DNA from: Schmidtea nova
Taxonomy: Eukaryota
Reading direction: 5' to 3'
Length of the DNA stretch: 64,000 bases
NCBI GenBank assembly: GCA_044892505.1
Contig: CM097882.1
Coordinates: 312,418,001-312,482,000, forward strand
Part shown: positions 60,998 to 64,000 of the stretch, piece by piece
Position numbering within the stretch: the stretch's first letter is position 1
How the letters are laid out: each line of letters opens with the position of its first letter
Program-made: the position numbers and the translations under genes
Notes under the pieces: model-generated
Told to the model about the DNA's origin: nothing
Seen by the model: the letters and a program-made list of their open reading frames with translations, nothing else
Database searches by the model: none

Positions 60998-61177
60998 AAT
61001 TTTTCTCAATTCATTATTTGACTTTTATTATATTTGCAACTCTTTTTTTAATTCATAACGCAATTTTGTTGTTGAATTCTCTAATTTGTACATAAATTTT
61101 ATTCAAGTGAATTCAGTACATTTTGTCAAGGTAATTCGAAAATCAAACATGCACAACAATTGTTAGTTGAAACTGTC

Positions 61178-61250
61178 GGTTCGATGGTGTAGCGGTTATC
61201 ACGTCTGCCTAACACGCAGAAGGTCCCCGGTTCGATCCCGGGTCGAACCA
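61178..61250 (+). tRNA. trnV: tRNA-Val(AAC)
   Basis: Identical unit. Confidence 0.97.
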
Positions 61251-61430
61251 AATTTTTCTCAATTCATTATTTGACTTTTATTATATTTGCAACTCTTTTT
61301 TTAATTCATAACGCAATTTTGTTGTTGAATTCTCTACTTTGTACATAAATTTTATTCAAGTGAATTCAGTACATTTTGTCAAGGTAATTCGAAAATCAAA
61401 CATGCACAACAATTGTTAGTTGAAACTGTC

Positions 61431-61503
61431 GGTTCGATGGTGTAGCGGTTATCACGTCTGCCTAACACGCAGAAGGTCCCCGGTTCGATCCCGGGTCGAA
61501 CCA
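61431..61503 (+). tRNA. trnV: tRNA-Val(AAC)
   Basis: Identical unit. Confidence 0.97.
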
Positions 61504-61620
61504 AATTTTTCTCAATTCATTATTTGACTTTTATTATATTTGCAACTCTTTTTTTAATTCATAACGCAATTTTGTTGTTAAATTCTCTACTTTGTACATA
61601 AATTTTATTCAAGTGAATTC

Positions 61621-64000
61621 TTTCAGGGTTCGATGACTCAATCACCTGCTGCTCAGTCAACTGCTGCTGATGTAATGACTCAGTCTATTGCAAATCAGTC
61701 AACTGTGACGAAGCAATATGAATTAGAAAACATTCTCAAATATCAAATTTCTAACTTGCAATATTTTCAATCGATTTTGGATTATTTTTCTCAACTAAAT
61801 GGTGGAAATCTCGCTACTGCCTCAGTTCTATCTGATGCGAATGCAAGTCAACGGAGTTCTTTCGATCAAGGATCTAAAATTTCTCAAAACCAATCTGATA
61901 ATATGCCACTTTCTTATGCTGATATTGAGACAAAATTCACTAAATCAAAGGATTTACTGATTGTCAAGCGCCTGGATTCATTGGAGTCTCAATTTATGAA
62001 TATGGCTGAAAAGTTAGATTATTTGGTTTCTTTTTTTAATGGCTCTGTTGATGATTTATCAGATTTTCCTAAAGTAAATGAAAATAATTTAAATAATAAT
62101 CCTTTTAATAAAAATAAAGTTTTTGATATCAAAGATAAATTAATTGTAAATAATGTAGTTTTAGATAAATCAAATATTTCAGAATTTATTGAAAATAATA
62201 TTGCTAAAATTCCTAATAGTTTAATTGATGTAAATAATAAAATGTGTAATTCAAATAATAAATTTCTAAATAACCCTAATAAAGAGAATGTTAAACATTT
62301 TAATAATCCCAAAGATACATCTTCAATTGATTTGACTAACGATAAAATTATGCCAAATGAAAACATAGAAATAATTATTAAAAATAATAAAAAATCTGTT
62401 AAAATTATAGAACCTTATAAAACAACTAAAGAGAAGTATGATAAATTTGAATTTAAAAGTCTGGTTCGTATTTTAACGAAAAGGGAACGCCAGAAAATCT
62501 TGAATGCCTTCCCTGCTTTAATACAACTAATTAAAAAGAAAGAATCACAGAGTAAATATTTTGAAATTAATAAATTTCTTTCGAGCAAAGATTTTAATGT
62601 GAATCACTTGAATTTAAATAATTTTGATTATTTTTTCTATAGAAATTGTAATCTTTGTGTATCTTTAAAATTGAACAACGCTCCTGTCATTTTATCAGCA
62701 CCAAAACCTGTTGTTTTAAAAACTATTAAATTAATTGACCATAATATCGTCAAAATAAATTCTGAAATCCCTGACTTTGTTCGAGCTCCAATGTCAATTC
62801 GAAGATTTTTATTCAATCTTTCGCACGATCTTTCAAACACTGTTTCCATCAAGGATGAGAAACACAGGGGAAATAAAATAAATAACATTCTTACTTCAAT
62901 GAAACATAAACAACAATTACCAGATTATTTAATAAAATCAAACATTAAATACGAAAATGGTGAGTTCTTATTATTAGATTTGACTAACGATAAAATCAAA
63001 TTGAACGACGATAATAACTTGATAAAATCAAATTTTTCTGAACTTACTAGAAGTCAGATTAAAAATCTTTACTATTCTTATCCTTCTCTTAAGGAAGTTT
63101 GTTTCGTTGAAAATCTTGAAACAAGATCATCATCCGTTAGTAAAATTATCGAATCTTTAAAGTTAATTAATGAATTTCCAAAAAATATCATTTTTAAAGA
63201 GGGTAAATTTTATCAGTCTGATAAAAGAACAATCTCACCTAGTAGTTCTCCTGACATAATGTTCAACCTTGGTCTTTTTAATTTGGCTAGTATGAGTAGA
63301 AAAGATTGTGAATTAAAATCCATTTTAGAGAAGACTGGTTGTGACTTTAAAATAGTTGAAATAATATTCTACCTCAACTATTTAGGCTTGACTCAATCTT
63401 TAGAATTTTGCAAAAATCAAACTTATTCTGATTATGTGAGGAATTACGTCTGTAATTGCTGCTTGATAAACTCACTCTGTAGTATTGCTGATGTTGATTC
63501 GCTTTCATCTGAAGATTTTGAGGGTTGGGCGACCGAAATTGTTCAGAAAATCCCAGTTTCTTCCTATTACTTCAATAGCTGCCAGGAAAAGCTTTTAAAG
63601 CTGAAGCAATGGGACATTTCAACTAAAATCAAAAGAATCCATAACGTTATTTCACCTGAAATAATATCTTATTTAAATAACTTTCTTGACTCTGTAGACG
63701 TAAAATTTCCATCTAAGTCTCAACAACATAATATTCTAATTAAATTAATGAAAGCTATCAATGACATTAAAATTTTTGATGACATACACGGAAATAAAGC
63801 AAAAAGACTTGTTTACTTTTTGCTAAGAGATGCCAAGAAATATTTGAATAAAAATCAACGATTCAGATTATTTGAATCGAGCAATAAATATTGCACTTCA
63901 GAGATGGAGAATATAATTTCAGTAATAATTGAGAACCTTACCAAAGTTACTGACCATGAAGTTACTACTCCTGAAATCACAGTTGAAGAAACGCCAATTG
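61621..64000 (+). mobile_element. Non-LTR retrotransposon copy 8, type-B 5' junction, 3' part outside window
   Basis: GTGAATTC|TTTCAGGGTTCGATGACTCA followed by ORF1 sequence. Confidence 0.93.
61633..64000 (+). CDS. ORF1 of copy 8, 3'-partial (missing from the ORF track because it has no stop inside the window)
   Basis: ATG at 61633; collinear with copy 6 at constant offset. Confidence 0.88.
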   Translation, partial: MTQSPAAQSTAADVMTQSIANQSTVTKQYELENILKYQISNLQYFQSILDYFSQLNGGNLATASVLSDANASQRSSFDQGSKISQNQSDNMPLSYADIETKFTKSKDLLIVKRLDSLESQFMNMAEKLDYLVSFFNGSVDDLSDFPKVNENNLNNNPFNKNKVFDIKDKLIVNNVVLDKSNISEFIENNIAKIPNSLIDVNNKMCNSNNKFLNNPNKENVKHFNNPKDTSSIDLTNDKIMPNENIEIIIKNNKKSVKIIEPYKTTKEKYDKFEFKSLVRILTKRERQKILNAFPALIQLIKKKESQSKYFEINKFLSSKDFNVNHLNLNNFDYFFYRNCNLCVSLKLNNAPVILSAPKPVVLKTIKLIDHNIVKINSEIPDFVRAPMSIRRFLFNLSHDLSNTVSIKDEKHRGNKINNILTSMKHKQQLPDYLIKSNIKYENGEFLLLDLTNDKIKLNDDNNLIKSNFSELTRSQIKNLYYSYPSLKEVCFVENLETRSSSVSKIIESLKLINEFPKNIIFKEGKFYQSDKRTISPSSSPDIMFNLGLFNLASMSRKDCELKSILEKTGCDFKIVEIIFYLNYLGLTQSLEFCKNQTYSDYVRNYVCNCCLINSLCSIADVDSLSSEDFEGWATEIVQKIPVSSYYFNSCQEKLLKLKQWDISTKIKRIHNVISPEIISYLNNFLDSVDVKFPSKSQQHNILIKLMKAINDIKIFDDIHGNKAKRLVYFLLRDAKKYLNKNQRFRLFESSNKYCTSEMENIISVIIENLTKVTDHEVTTPEITVEETPI

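Larger units (their letters stand above)
60437..61620 (+). repeat. tRNA-Val array block 7 (1 truncated + 4 intact)
   Basis: 253-bp period. Confidence 0.97.

Noticed and set aside
269-62888. The many 60-190 aa antisense and alternate-frame ORFs in the track
   Set aside because: They are shadows of ORF1/ORF2, recur only because the element is repeated, and have no motifs; several start at TTG/GTG.
1-64000. The whole tandem structure as an assembly artefact
   Set aside because: Copies carry distinct, mostly synonymous, shared SNP haplotypes, two junction classes and a private deletion, which error would not produce. Exact unit counts and single-base private variants still need read support.

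Overview
This is AT-rich eukaryotic DNA built from two components. (1) A tandem array of a 253-bp unit: a 73-nt tRNA-Val(AAC) gene plus a 180-bp spacer. There are 34 intact tRNA genes and 7 copies lacking nt 1-18. (2) Eight same-strand copies of one ~7.66-kb non-LTR retrotransposon (six complete, two cut by the window edges), covering about 85% of the window. All seven visible 3' ends join the tRNA at the same D-loop position (element|nt 19, TTATCACG). ORF1 (877 aa) has no family I recognise but carries a C-terminal C-x2-C-x18-C-x2-C finger. ORF2 (~1536 aa) has an Ulp1/C48-like cysteine protease with an intact H/D/Q/C site, two degenerate repeats of that fold, RT (YADD), a CCHC knuckle and a restriction-like endonuclease, i.e. 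a NeSL/R5/Utopia-type architecture. The most striking new feature is the ORF1-ORF2 junction. The two ORFs are in the same frame, separated by a single UGA, with no in-frame AUG before ORF2 Met54, and an 18-bp stem-loop starts 5 nt after the stop. This points to programmed readthrough giving a 2416-aa ORF1-protease-RT-RLE polyprotein. Other oddities: the leader ends in tRNA nt 1-9 (overlapping the ORF1 ATG), two recurrent 5' junction classes replace 144 or 81 bp of target, there is no poly(A) or TSD, and the copies are recombinant mosaics of lineages under purifying selection. The host species cannot be determined from the sequence and no database search was possible.
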